A DNA stretch of 64,000 nt from the NCBI GenBank assembly GCA_964016885.1, contig OZ024744.1, forward strand, positions 48,236,001 to 48,300,000. The letters run 5' to 3'. The DNA comes from Eledone cirrhosa. Taxonomy: Eukaryota. The notes beneath the pieces were generated by a model that searched no databases, was not told the DNA's origin, and saw nothing but the letters and a program-made list of their open reading frames with translations. Below are positions 46,415-58,171 of this stretch, one piece after another. Every line of letters begins with the position of its first letter. Position 1 is the first letter of the stretch. The position numbers and the translations under genes were made by a program.

Positions 46415-46960
46415 TATGTGAGTGACTATCTCAACTCCTACTTCTCCAGACTATTTCAGCATCCCAATAACTATCTCTGACAAACCGGTGGTTTTGCCAT
46501 TTTTTAACTTCTTACTTCTTTGACCCAAAACAATTTCAATGGCTGGTCCCTCTGTTAGATCAGTTGAGGGTAGTCACTCTAACTCCCATTCATTCTCCAC
46601 ATCAACCCATTTCCAGGCCTTTTCGGGAAAGGGGGTGTCAGTGATGCTAAGTGCACCAGTATCCTTTCAGACACACTTTTCCACAACAGCATCTTGGTTT
46701 CCATTGGCAGACAGTGTTGTGATGCAGAACATCTCCTGTCTCTGATCCTCACCACCAGTTTTCTGCTTCTCCATGAATACCTGTTGTTTTGACTCTTCTC
46801 TTTTAACTACATGGTACTTATCTTTACTGCCTCTATTTTTCTAGTTTTTTCATGCCTGTCTCTTGGCTCTAACAACTCTATCCATGGTACTGTTCTACAA
46901 AGGCACCCTCTGTCTATTTGGACCTTTGCTCCAGCCACAAGTCTTATCAGTAGCCTGCAG
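46415..46960 (-). mobile_element. Highly decayed RTE fragment (EN-RT linker)
   Basis: Reverse complement is recognisably similar to 58840-59400 (e.g. GAGGATCAGAGACAGGAGATGTTCTGCAT versus GAGGACCAAAAACGTGAGGTGTTCAGGAT). Confidence 0.55.
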
Positions 46961-47084
46961 TAGGTTGGCTTGTATAAATTTCTAAGTGTCCTCTATGTTA
47001 TATGTATCAAACTCCCACCTCTCTTATCATATGCAATACATAGCGTTTTTCTCAGTCTATATAATGTGTACTACAGTCTATATC

Positions 47085-47311
<227 letters not shown>

Positions 47312-47817
47312 AAAACGTTCTTTTTTCCATTTCAGGTAGACGGGCTTCATTCATCATCCACTTTTCTAAAGAAGTAAATCATACACAAAATGTCAGCATC
47401 AAGTTTTCCAAGAGATGGCAAGATGAATGGATCTGTTATTTTTCTCTAAAAACATGTTTTCCGATCCCGTCCTGCCCGGCCTGTAGTGGGTTCTCTTCTT
47501 GCTCACATCTCACTCACGTCGGACGGTCTGTATATCTTTCTCGCTCATGAAATCCACCCAGCTTAAGCTGACCGGATTTCCATGCTGCTTGTTTTTTCCT
47601 ATCTTTGCGTTGCTTTCCTTCCCTGTTGTTTACTTGTCTCGCCCGCTTTACGCGATTTACTTGTCCCAATAGCTTTATTTAGCTATTGCTCGCACCAACC
47701 GGAGGTATATGATTTTTAAAGCGATGAAATACCGTCGAAGGTTGGAAAATCACTGACGAAGGACTATTTTTATCATATGTAACCCATGTGCAACCACGCA
47801 GTATTCTTTCTTCTCAT

Positions 47818-47906
<89 letters not shown>

Positions 47907-47988
47907 TATATACTTTTATTTATAACAGGCTGAATGAGTTGGGATCCAGAACCCAATGAAACTTTAGTACCTGTTTATATCACTGTTG

Positions 47989-48029
<41 letters not shown>

Positions 48030-48078
48030 TTCAACACACGATTTCAGATAAAGAATCTTGCTAAACAAATTCAGAAAC

Positions 48079-48142
<64 letters not shown>

Positions 48143-48510
48143 TTCAACACACGATTTCAGATAAAGAATCTTGCTAAACAAATTCAGAAACGAAATATAT
48201 ATATATATATATATATATATTTCGTTTCTGAATTTGTTTAGCAAGATTCTTTATCTGAAATCGTGTGTTGAAACCGATATTGTTATACTTTGGGAGGGTC
48301 ATGTTGCCAATATATATATATATGGGGAGGGGTGTAAAATAGAATTAGGATTTAGCTTTCATGCATAGCTGTATACAGATATGTATAGGAATTTCGTATT
48401 TCTAAAGAAATACGGTATGTTTATAGATAAACATTTAGAAAGCCGTAGCTATGCAAAACACCGGGTGCTATCGTCCTCTGGTGGTGTCTAGCAGAAGCAA
48501 GGGGGACAAT

Positions 48511-48550
48511 CGTCGATGCATTTCAAACTTAACTGGTTCTCATCAGGACG
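48511..48550 (-). ncRNA. Minimal type-I hammerhead ribozyme motif
   Basis: Minus strand: CGTC-CTGATGA-GAACcagttaaGTTT-GAAA-TGCA-TC-GACG. All core bases intact; palindromic stem III. Confidence 0.8.
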
Positions 48551-49049
48551 GTCCTCCCACTCTTGCGACTGCTGGACTTGAAAACAGGTGAGAATATATG
48601 GTTTTTCTCGTCTGTGTAAATGAGGTGATTAATCTCATTTATATATGAAGCTCCTTAAGTTGGCTCAGCTTATATATATATATATATATATATAATCATC
48701 AAATATATTAATGAAAACATTTGTTTTTAACTCATTTTTAATTCTTTACACGTGTTTCAAGAACATTATGAAACTCAGCATTAACCCTAGAATTACTGAC
48801 GGAGTATTACATGTAATTCGTATAAGCGATATAAACAATTTAAATATACACCATTTATATCCATACATAATTCCCCTCGTATAATTGAGTTATATATATA
48901 TCTTTACTTTTGCTATATATATGTGTGTGTGTGTGTGAATCTCCAGTAGCCTTTTCAAACAGAAAAATAAGAATAAGGCTATTGGATGCTTCCATTATAG
49001 ACTGTTCTTGTCCCCTGGGCTGATCAAAAAGATATTTTTAGTGTACTGA

Positions 49050-50600
49050 CTGGTTTTGTAGTAAAATGATGCAACAATTTGTGACTTGTTTCAAAGGCAA
49101 CTAGAGCTCCATGGACAACTTCTTGTTCAATCTATCAATCCTAATTGGAATGAAAAATACCTAAGATCCGCCATACAACATAGTTTGAGAGAAACGAAAG
49201 ATAATTGATGGTACAAAAAGGCAAAAATGACACAAGCAGCAGCCGAAAGGAAAGATTCTAAAGTGTTTTCCTTTCTTTTTAGCCCATAACGCCTGGTGGA
49301 GTCATAGGGGTTCTACATTGACATACAACGTTTCTAGGGCATTATTTTTAAACCTCTCCAGCTCTGAACAGAGCAGATTTTTTCCAGAGAAGGATAAAGA
49401 GTTACAGAATAGAAGTGAGAAAGAGATATAGAGGAAGGATTGACTCCAGTACTTGACTGGTACTTTTTTTCTGGTACTTCAACCTCGAATGAATGTTTTA
49501 CACTTTTATAAATGAGATCTTTGAGCTAATTAGAACCATCAAATATTGCACCTGTGCACTCAAAAGATGGTTCAACACTTTATAAAGATAATATGTCTAT
49601 TCAAAAGTGTCTGGTGGAGTATTACACAGACCTTCTCAATAAGCCTTCTGAGGTCCACATAAATTTAATCAATTCTATTGAACCATGCTCAAATATAGAG
49701 CAAATATTATCAACACCGTCAGTAGGAGACATAAGTATGGCTGCAGGAAAACTAAATAAACATAAGACGCCTGATAAATGCAGAGCTTCTTAAATGTGAT
49801 GGGGAGAAAATGATTAATTTTCTCCACTCATTGCTTGTTTTTCACTGGATTAGTCCCACAAGATTAGGTAGATGTAGTTCATATATCACTATTCAAATCA
49901 GTCCCAAAAGATCAATGCAAAAATTTCCATGGAATATCCCTTTTATCAGCAGTGTGGAAAGTGCTGGCTTGTATACTTTTGGAGTGATTAAATAAATGCA
50001 TTGTTCCAATTTTTGTTCCAAAATTACAATGTTGGTTCAGATGATCAAGGGAGATAATCAATATGATATTTACCATTCTTCAACTTCAGGAAAGTGTATT
50101 GAACAAAATATACCTTTGTATCGTTTTTCATGGATCTTTGTTAGATCTTTGAAACTGTAAATAAGGATACACTCTAGGTTGTCTTGAAAAAGTAAAGATG
50201 CCCAAACACATTTGTTAAAATGATTAAGATACTGCTTAAATATATGACGGGTAAAATGGTATAAAGCAGGGTGATCTGGATGCTCCAACACATTTTCTTA
50301 TTTACTTTGTGACAATGTTCTCTTCTGCTTTCAGTACCTCTGAAGAAGGTATTTATATATGCTTTCTTAATACTAGAAACCTCTTTAATTTCATTAGGAT
50401 AAACATTAAGAGCAAGGTCTTTAAATCTCTAATTAGAGATCTCCTTTATATTGATGATGTGACTTGGTATCTCACAGTGAGATCTGTTTATAGATCTTGA
50501 TTAATGCATTTGATAATGCTAGGGACATCTTTGGATTAACATTTAATGCTAAAAGAACCAAAATACTGTATTAATTGGCTGGACACACTACCTCCCCCAC
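49050..50600 (+). mobile_element. Old RTE-BovB-like LINE remnant
   Basis: SKDGSTLYKD..EYYTDLLNKPS; RNLFNFIRINIKSKVFKSLIRDLLYIDD (BovB-like pre-YADD segment); many stops; interrupted around 49260-49495. Confidence 0.65.
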
Positions 50601-50629
50601 AATGCTGCTAAACTCGCTAAATGCTCCCA

Positions 50630-50975
50630 GTCAAGTGATACCATGCGCCCATGCTGGTGCCATGACAAAGGAGCACCCAGTCCATCTTGTAGGGTGGTCG
50701 TGCAAGTGACACGACAAAAAGCATCTAGTCCACACTGTAAAATGGTTGTGCAGGTGACACGACAAAAAGCATCCAGTACACATTGTCAATGTGATTGGCA
50801 TTAGAATGAGCATCCAGTCGTAGAAACCAAGCCAGAATCAGTTCTGTATGAGCATGACGTGGTCATCTCATCAGGCTTGTCACAACTCCTGTAACCCATG
50901 CTCGTGTGGAAAATGGACGTTAAACGGTGAGGAGGAGGAGGGGGAGGAGGAGGAGGGGGAGGGGGGAGGAGGATT
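50630..50975 (+). mobile_element. RTE-type 3' UTR / tail element with ~42-bp tandem units and (GAG)n tail
   Basis: Homologous to 61060-61327 and 62440-62692 (AAAAAGCACCCAG..CACACTGTAAA units; ACCCATGC..GTGGAA..GGACGTTAAACG). Confidence 0.75.
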
Positions 50976-51414
50976 TACATAATGTCTGTGTATATGTTTG
51001 TGTCTATGTATGTATATATGTATATATTCAGACACACTGCCATATAGTGTTTGCAAGAGTTATTTCCCTTTGACCATCATTTTCCTGTACTGTGCGTGTG
51101 TGTATGTCTGCGCGCGTATGTGTGTGTGTATATGCATAACTCTGTGTGTGTGTGTGTGTTTATATGTATGCATGTGTGTGTATCTATAAATTCATTATAG
51201 GAAGCAACTCTCAATACAACTGACACTATGGACTACGGTGTGTTTTTAAGTACATTTGTGAATGTAACACTTTGTCTTGATATTCTAACGAGTGATATAT
51301 ATTATCTATTCTTATTTTCTGACTGATATGTATTAATATTTTAATTAAACTCTGATGACACCCACAGCCTATGCTCATTAATGGCAAATTGTAAAATGAA
51401 AGTACCCTAATAAA

Positions 51415-52641
51415 ATGGATTCCAAGAGAATGTGTAGTTACATTATCGGCTACAAATTTCAGGTGATAGCATATGCCAAGGAACACGCTAACAGAGCGGC
51501 TGCCCGACATTTTGGACGGCCTCCAATGGAGAAAATGGTGCGAATGTGGATACAACAGGAGGAACAATTGCAGCAGGCCAACAACAAAAAAAGTATTATC
51601 TTCGGAAATGGAATGCAAAATGACCTCAACTTGAGGAAGAATTGTAAACCTGCGTTCTTGACAACTGGAACGAAGGTTGAGTTGTGTCAACCTAAGCCAT
51701 TATAGTGATCGGGCAGAAACTTTGAACTATGTCATATTGCAAATATGGAGGAAGTGCCACTAACATTTTATGTTCCCTCTAGCAGGGCTGTGGATGTTAA
51801 AGGTACCAAAATAGTAACTGTTAAAACGACTGGTCACAAAAAAAGACGTACTGTAATATAAACTTGTTGCACAGATGGCACGAATCTTCCACCACTTCTA
51901 ATATTAAAAAGAAAAACACTTCCAAAATACACTTTTCCATCAGGAATTGTTATTCATGCCCACTCCAAATAGTGGAGGGACGAAAATAGCATTAAGTTAT
52001 GGTTAGATAAAGTATGGTCACGACGTCATGGGGCTTTACTCAAAGAACCGTCACTTCTTGTTTGGGACCAATTTCGTGCACATACGGCTGAGAATACAGT
52101 AAGGAAGATAAAGAAATTAAACACTGAAATAGCTGTCATACCTGGTGGACTGACTTCTCAATTATAACCTCTTGATATTTCACTAAACAAGCCTTTTAAG
52201 GCACACATGAGAGAAGAATAGGATAATTGGACGAAGGCCCATGAAAATGAACTCATACCGACAGGACGTAGGAAGAGGCCTACATTTTCCCAGGTAATCC
52301 ACTGGGTAAAAAACTCATGGGGTGCTGTAGAAACCGAGACAGTTATAAAAGCTTTCAAAACATATGGCATCAGCAATGCCCTAGGTGGTATCAAAGATGA
52401 TTTTCTGTATATTGATAGCGACACAAGTGATTCTGAAAAGAGCGATGACCCTGAGGAATGTGAAGAAGATGATGAATTTCAGGAACTAGATGAGGGTGAC
52501 AGCCAAGAACTCAATGAGGATGACAGTAGTCATGATTTTATAACATTTGAAAGTGATAAACATTTTAATAGCATTAATAGCGTTAATTGCCTTTAATTTT
52601 ATTTTTCCTGGATATTCGTGTTAAATTTAGAGTAAATACGG
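51415..52641 (+). mobile_element. pogo-family (POGK-like) DNA transposon, decayed
   Basis: Brinker-like DBD KFQVIAYAKEHANRAAARHFG (51415-51600). DDE_1 motifs NMEEVP, LLVWDQFRAH, VIPGGLTSQL*PLDISLNKPFK. Acidic tail. Right TIR end GAGTAAATACGG|TA at 52630-52643. Left TIR not found. Confidence 0.85.
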
Positions 52642-52668
52642 TATATATACTGTATATACATACATATA

Positions 52669-52744
<76 letters not shown>

Positions 52745-52921
52745 TGTATGCATATAAAAAGTAATCTGAGTTTTTCGAATATTAGTAATAATATTCAATT
52801 TGTTTACAATTATGTAAACTGTCTATATATATTTTAATAAATATTTGCTCTACGGTTCTTATATATTTGATATATATTTATCCTTATCGAGCCCTCTTTT
52901 AGTCTTCACATTTATTATTAT

Positions 52922-52963
<42 letters not shown>

Positions 52964-52979
52964 TGTACATATATATATA

Positions 52980-53660
52980 CTAGCTGGCCCGTCCGGCAGG
53001 CACCCGGTAGGTATACCGGCATTTTATCTTCTCAGGATACCCCCCTCCACTCCAGTGCAAAGATACCGCACGCCCTCTCAAGTCAGCGAGGTTGGGGGTC
53101 GGGGTGGGAGTTAACGTGCTCTGATGTTGGGTTTGAATAGTTTTTAGGATTCCCCAGTTCAGCAGCCAGTACGTTAAAGAAAATTGATAGTTACAACAAT
53201 AAAGGTTGAACAGAGAACAATTTTTTTAACAAACTTTACAATAATTTGTACAACCATAATGGAAATACAGTAACAGAAAATACATAAATTACATTGTTAT
53301 AGCCTCAGAGTATACAATATTTTTTGTTTGGGCCTCGGGAGCAAAGATGAAGAGATTGTTTGGCGAGCTCTTCCTAGAGCATCCTACATACAATTGACCA
53401 TGGGAGAAGCATGGTTTTCCCAGATGAAGGCCAGCCACTTTTAGGGTTTGACCCTGAGCTTTTTTTATGGTAATCGCGAAGCTTAGTCTCTCTGTTGCTC
53501 TAGTAACATTTTTTCTTCTGGAAAATCTGATCTTGCGGCCAGGCTGAGACTTTTTGGGTGGCATATCAGCAGTAATAATGACCATAAGCCGTCTGTGCTT
53601 TCGTGAAATAAATAAGTTTGTTTATATTTTGTTTTTGTGTATGCAAAAATATCTGTACAC

Positions 53661-53729
<69 letters not shown>

Positions 53730-54281
53730 TAACAGATAAAAGTTTAAGCAAAGAATCGCTGCTTTCACCCTTAACGGGATCTTCTGAATCTAAAAAAATC
53801 AAGCTGTGAACGCAGAAAAACGTTGCAACCGAAGGAAAACAGGAAGACGATACTTTAGTTCGTGAAGACAGACAGGTGTTATAAGCGTGCGACGTTATAG
53901 CTATGTATCTAATGTAGACAGCCAGGCATACAGAGACATATTATAAAGGCGCGACGTGATAGCTATGAATCTAACTAAAAAGACAGACTAAGAAAGAGAG
54001 GGGAATGTCGTATAACCGGAAGTGTTGACATTTGAAAATTTTAAAGAAGTGAATATTTAAATAAACGATAAAATATCTTTAATCTTTTAACGAAACTTAT
54101 AAGACAATTTTATAAGACAAAATTATAAGACAATTTTAGAAGACAAATTTATAAGACAAAAATACCCTCACTTTCTTACTTGGAAAAAGTTACATCTATG
54201 ATGCAAATTTAGTGCTGTTTGGTCCAGCCGTTTGGCGAAAAGTTTGTTACATACATACGGCCGTCAGCTTTATAATATAGA
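52980..54281 (-). mobile_element. Internally deleted Helitron with Pif1 helicase C-terminal remnant
   Basis: ORF 53289-53585 RLSFAITIKKAQGQTL..CFSHGQLYVGCSR..TKNIVYSE (Pif1 motifs V/VI). Termini A|TC..CTAG|T. Subterminal CCGG-n7-CCGG hairpin at 52993-53007. Confidence 0.85.
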
Positions 54282-54467
54282 TATATATAGGTTAACGAGG
54301 AATCGTTTAAGACAATCCAAGCAGAGGTTATGAGTAATATGTAATCTGTTTACATAGTTGTGGTGTTCGGGTGGCTGATTCCAGTCAGTCCCTAGGAAAG
54401 CAGTTTCTGGAGTATTAATAACTGTGTTTACAGTTATTTTCTTCGTCTGATATTTTCTATTGGCAGT

Positions 54468-54658
54468 AGGGGCGGTGGATTAGCAGTATCGGTACAGGGT
54501 CGGATACTATGCTTTGACGCATAGAGTTACACCCCTTGTCCTTCTGAGTTCAAACCGCGCCAAGGTTAACTTTGCCTTTCATCCTTACCGGGTCGATAAA
54601 ATAAAGTACCAGTAATGTACTGGGTGTTTGCTGGCCTTGTGCCAAAAGTAGAAACAAG
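54468..54658 (+). mobile_element. SINE, same family as 35108
   Basis: Full-length alignment by eye. A minus-strand tail fragment also occurs at 55794-55843. Confidence 0.85.
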
Positions 54659-54699
54659 TATTATATATATATAAAAATATTTTTAAAATAGTAAATAAA

Positions 54700-54791
<92 letters not shown>

Positions 54792-54941
54792 GTATAAGAC
54801 TGCAAAGATTCACTTTGAAATTTCTTTATGGCATAACTAATATTACATATGTTTTCACGTGTGATTGGCTCTCGAGTTCTTTATCGATGTGATTCTTGTA
54901 TCGATCTGTTCATCAAACATGTGGACTCAAGTCAAAACATT

Positions 54942-55048
<107 letters not shown>

Positions 55049-55080
55049 AGAGAGAGAGAGAATCTGAACGAATTATTTCC

Positions 55081-55136
<56 letters not shown>

Positions 55137-55238
55137 GGAAAAAATGAAACGAAATTTCATTTCTCACTCTTAGTACGTCTGTTACTTAAATATAAGTATG
55201 TATACGTACATACATATATGTATACAGACGTACAGTAG

Positions 55239-55296
<58 letters not shown>

Positions 55297-55484
55297 TACA
55301 TACATGCACACATATATATATGTACTAAGAGTGAGAAATGAAATTTCGTTTCATTTTTTCCGTTTAGCGTTTTCGGTACCCCGGCCGATTAACTCACTCG
55401 ATATGCAAATTAGGCTGCTCAGCCGTTAATATGCATAAGGAAAGTATATACTTTCAGAGGTTCAATCATCTGGCAGGAAGGTAT

Positions 55485-55527
55485 ACGTTGCTGACGATAG
55501 CTAATAAGCTTGAAACTAGTACAGCGT
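55485..55527 (+). ncRNA. Minimal type-I hammerhead ribozyme motif
   Basis: ACGTTG-CTGACGA-tAGCTaataAGCTt-GAAA-CTAG-TA-CAGCGT. Stem I 6 bp with one G-U; palindromic stem III; GUA site. Confidence 0.8.
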
Positions 55528-56369
55528 TCCTTTGTCAGTGTTGAACAAATGAGCAACGATGGTTGCTAGACACTGTACGACTTAATTCGGGATGTTTGTT
55601 TACAAACACACCGAGCATTATAATAAATGTTCGGTGAATCCATACGTACATATATATATGTGTGCATATATGTATATATATATATACATACTACTGTACG
55701 TCTGTATACATATATCTATGTACGTATATATATATATAAAGGGAAATAATTCGTTCAGATTCTATATATTAAAATATATATATTAATATATAACTGTTTC
55801 TACTTTTGGCACAAGGCCAGCAATTACTCAGTGCATTACTGGTTCTATAACGAAGGAAGTGTGGTAAAGAACCAGATGGGCCATAACGCACCAGAGTACT
55901 CAATACTTAGGGTAGTAGAGTGGGTAATAGGAAAATGTTCAACCCCGACAGCAGAGCTCAAGCCGTTTCGACGTCTAATAGCCGTCGAAACGGCTTGAGC
56001 TTTGCCGTCGGAGTTGAACAGTTTCCTATATTAATATATATATATATATATTTTAATATATAGAATCTAAACGAATTATTTCCCTTTGACCATAACTTTC
56101 TTGTTGTGTGTGTGTGTATATATATATACACAAATTAAATAGAAAACATGAATGGAACAGCAACATTACAACTTACAATTAAGGAAAAAATGAAAACACA
56201 CACACACATAGAACAAACAACCAACCAGTAACATGTAAATAAACTAATATAAACACACACAGACACCCAGATGTAACACATGCACAAACTAAGCACACAA
56301 CACACACAAAAACAAGATGGCGTATGACAGAACAAAGGAGAGGCACAAAAACAAAGAAAAGAATCCCCA

Positions 56370-56412
56370 GTCACTGAAGAGGTCACAGAATGTGTGACGA
56401 AAGAACTTTGAC
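56370..56412 (+). ncRNA. Minimal type-I hammerhead ribozyme motif
   Basis: GTCA-CTGAAGA-gGTCACAgaatgTGTGAC-GAAA-GAAC-TT-TGAC. 4-bp stem I; 6-bp stem II. Confidence 0.7.
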
Positions 56413-56634
56413 AATATATGAACAATCGCCTGGTTGTGGAACCAACCAACCAACCGGAAATTTATAAATTCCTAAATTTATAAATTTAATTTATAATAAA
56501 TTGAAGTGAAAGCAACTGGTGCGTGTGTTTCTTATTGGCAACATGACCCTCCCAAAGTATAACAATATCGGTTTCAACACACGTTTTCAGATAAAGAATC
56601 TTGCTAAACAAATTCAGAAACGACATATATATAT

Positions 56635-56874
56635 CATCAATGTTTAACGTCCATCTTCCACGCTAGCATGGGTTTGGACGGGAATTTTCCCACTTGAGGC
56701 AAGATTGGTTGTCTTGCTCATATAGGACTGTCTGGCAGGTTTTCTATGGTTAGATGCCCTTCCTAACACCAACCACGTTTACAGTGTAGACTGTGAAACG
56801 TGGTTGTTGTTAGGAAGGGCATCCAGCCGTAGAAAACCCGCCAGACAGTCCTATACGAGCAAGACAACCAATCT
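56635..56874 (-). mobile_element. RTE 3'-end fragment folded back on itself
   Basis: 56635-56785 is the reverse complement of 61160-61310; 56790-56874 repeats part of it in + orientation. Confidence 0.85.
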
Positions 56875-57050
56875 ATATATATATATATATATATATATAG
56901 GTATATATATATATATATATAGGGCGCGTAGAAATACATTCTCCTCCGCTGGCGGTGATTGGCTGGGCTGAGCCAAATAACGCACGGAGAATGTATGTGA
57001 GCCCGCGGAATATAGGTCACTACATATATATATATATCTGTGTGCGTGTG

Positions 57051-57343
57051 ATAGATAAAAAAGGAGGAAGTTTCGTTTATATATAAAAGATATTTATTGT
57101 GTATCGACCTTTTATGCGCATTTCGCAGAGGATTGGCTCGAGGTAATCCATAGGACTTATTGACCCGACTCCAGTATTGATCTGCTAGCAATGTGACAAA
57201 AAAAATATTTTTCTCGGAGTCAGGTCCAAAACTCCTATTGGTTACCTTGAGCCAATCCTCTGCGAAACGAGCAAAACAGGTCGATATGTGTATCAACCTG
57301 TAAATACCTTTTATATGAAAACGAAACTTTCTTGTTTTTTCTA
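57051..57343. repeat. Long imperfect palindrome / foldback MITE-like element
   Basis: 57051-57172 is the reverse complement of 57216-57343 (e.g. TTTCGCAGAGGATTGGCTC / GAGCCAATCCTCTGCGAAA). Confidence 0.75.
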
Positions 57344-57624
57344 TTATGTACACTCTGCCTGTGCATAGAGTGCTTGATTTGGTACCAACACCAGTATTTC
57401 ACTGTACAAGCCACACACTATATATATACATACATATGTGTGTGTGATCTCAGGTTAATTCCGGGGTAACCAGAGTAAGTAAGGTACTCAATACATTAGT
57501 AGAGTGTAAACATCATGTTTACTATAGAAATGGCTTCTAATGGTTTCTTTTGAATGAAACAGTTCTAGTCCTGTTGAAGCCTTTTCTATATTAAACATGA
57601 TATATATATATTTATATATATATA

Positions 57625-57725
57625 CAGGGTGTCCCCCAAAAATGTACACATATTTTCATTACCTGTACAGGCAATATTTATTAGAATGTTGTTGAAGTAT
57701 ATATAGATTTTCGGGGGACATCCTG
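57625..57725. mobile_element. 101-bp Tc1/mariner-type MITE
   Basis: TA|CAGGGTGTCCCCCAAAAAT ... ATTTTCGGGGGACATCCTG|TA. Confidence 0.8.
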
Positions 57726-57784
57726 TATATACATATGTAATGAATAAAAATAACCCGGATTAAATTACATTAAATTATTTAATT

Positions 57785-57854
57785 GATTTACGAAGGTTTC
57801 TATCAGTACAGTAAGAAATTTAATTATTTCCTCAGTACTGATTTTTTCAGAATC
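57785..57854 (-). ncRNA. Degenerate hammerhead motif with long stem II (core G8 to A)
   Basis: Minus strand: GATT-CTGAAAA-aATCAGTAC..GAAATaattaaATTTC..GTACTGATa-GAAA-CcttcG-TA-AATC. Confidence 0.5.
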
Positions 57855-58117
57855 TATTAAACAACATAAATAACATAATTATTTACCACTGATGTCCATA
57901 CAACTCCATTCCAAAGTTCATTTTATATGTGCACTGTGATATTGAAAAACTACTGTGATTGGAAATTGATCAATTGGATTAAACTCTGAACTATTTTGCA
58001 GTAGACTATAAAATCACATTTGAGCTTTGAATTATTCTTTGCCTTATATGGTTGTGGTGTAAACATGTGTATATATATATACTCCAGCAATTTTATATAT
58101 ATATATATACTGCCAAT

Positions 58118-58165
<48 letters not shown>

Positions 58166-58171
58166 ATAATA

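Noticed and set aside
47745-47790. CTGACGA hammerhead half-core
   Set aside because: No downstream GAAA, stem III or closing stem I; at best a truncated relic.
48743-48762. GAAACACGTGTA (minus strand), hammerhead stem III-like
   Set aside because: No CUGANGA found at a suitable upstream position.
51415-52560. Domesticated POGK-like host gene
   Set aside because: Frameshifts, stops, deletion of most of the HTH region and a retained TIR indicate a dead transposon.
54400-54455. CAGACGA-hairpin-GAAAC (minus strand) hammerhead-like
   Set aside because: Core U is mutated and stems I and III do not pair convincingly.
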